Source: a virus. Taken from it: a stretch of 60,408 nucleotides of DNA. Shown piece by piece: positions 60,234-60,408 of the stretch. The notes under the pieces are model-generated. The model searched no databases, had not been told where the DNA came from, and saw only the letters and a list, made by a program, of their open reading frames with translations. Position 1 is the first letter of the stretch, and each line of letters begins with the position of its first letter. The stretch lies in the IMG/VR virus record IMGVR_UViG_3300045988_104258; one strand, given 5' to 3'. A program made the translations under genes and the position numbers.

Positions 60234-60408
60234 TTACCCCACCCTCTGCCGCTTATCCAGCCGCATCTTATCGGCGATCATCGCGATGAACTCGCTGTTC
60301 GTTGGTTTTCCGCGCAGGTTATGGATGGTATAGCCGAAGTAGCTATTGAGGGTATCCACATCTCCCCTGTCCCACGCAACCTCGATGGCGTGGCGGATGG
60401 CCCGCTCC
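60234..60408 (-). CDS. 3' part of the spo0A-like ORF (continues from 1..183 through the terminal repeat)
   Basis: Minus-strand translation ...[36 protein letters not shown], the typical Spo0A C-terminal end; stop at 60234-60236. Confidence 0.6.
   Translation of the reverse strand, partial: ERAIRHAIEVAWDRGDVDTLNSYFGYTIHNLRGKPTNSEFIAMIADKMRLDKRQRVG
60345..60408. repeat. Terminal direct repeat, right copy (identical to 1..64)
   Basis: 64/64 nt identity with the window start. Confidence 0.95.

Overview
The window reads as a complete temperate siphovirus-like phage genome of about 60.3 kb from a Clostridia-type, spore-forming Firmicute host. Nothing here has been searched against a database; family names come from motifs read by eye. 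The first 64 nt are identical to the last 64 nt, so the sequence is either a circular or terminally redundant genome, or a prophage cut exactly at its att repeats. All convincing genes but one lie on the minus strand. In transcription order (high to low coordinates):
- Integrase (59.1-60.0 kb).
- An early region of about 25 small genes (52-59 kb), many with their own conserved 26-nt promoter-like motif and a conserved hairpin.
- A replication and nucleotide-metabolism module (35-50 kb): a 1335-aa D5-helicase/AEP-primase/PolB fusion, SSB, SF2 helicase, ThyX, a MazZ-like pyrophosphatase and Spo0A_C-like HTH proteins.
- A 0.35-kb non-coding region rich in repeats (34.7-35.0 kb).
- A middle operon with two nucleases and a 921-aa protein carrying the ADFDGD two-barrel RNA-polymerase motif (30.5-34.7 kb).
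- Packaging, head and tail genes (5.3-30 kb), interrupted by an AT-rich NACHT-like ATPase island and by the only plus-strand gene.
- A canonical DGR (target gene with VR, avd, TR, RT; 2.1-5.3 kb), then the lysis genes.

Leads most worth follow-up:
- The 11-copy promoter-like motif, together with the conserved hairpins and the phage-encoded RNA polymerase.
- The spo0A-derived segment spanning the terminal repeat next to the integrase.
- The DGR, whose TR and VR differ in length by one codon.
- The NACHT-like moron.
- The plus-strand moron behind a C11 tract.
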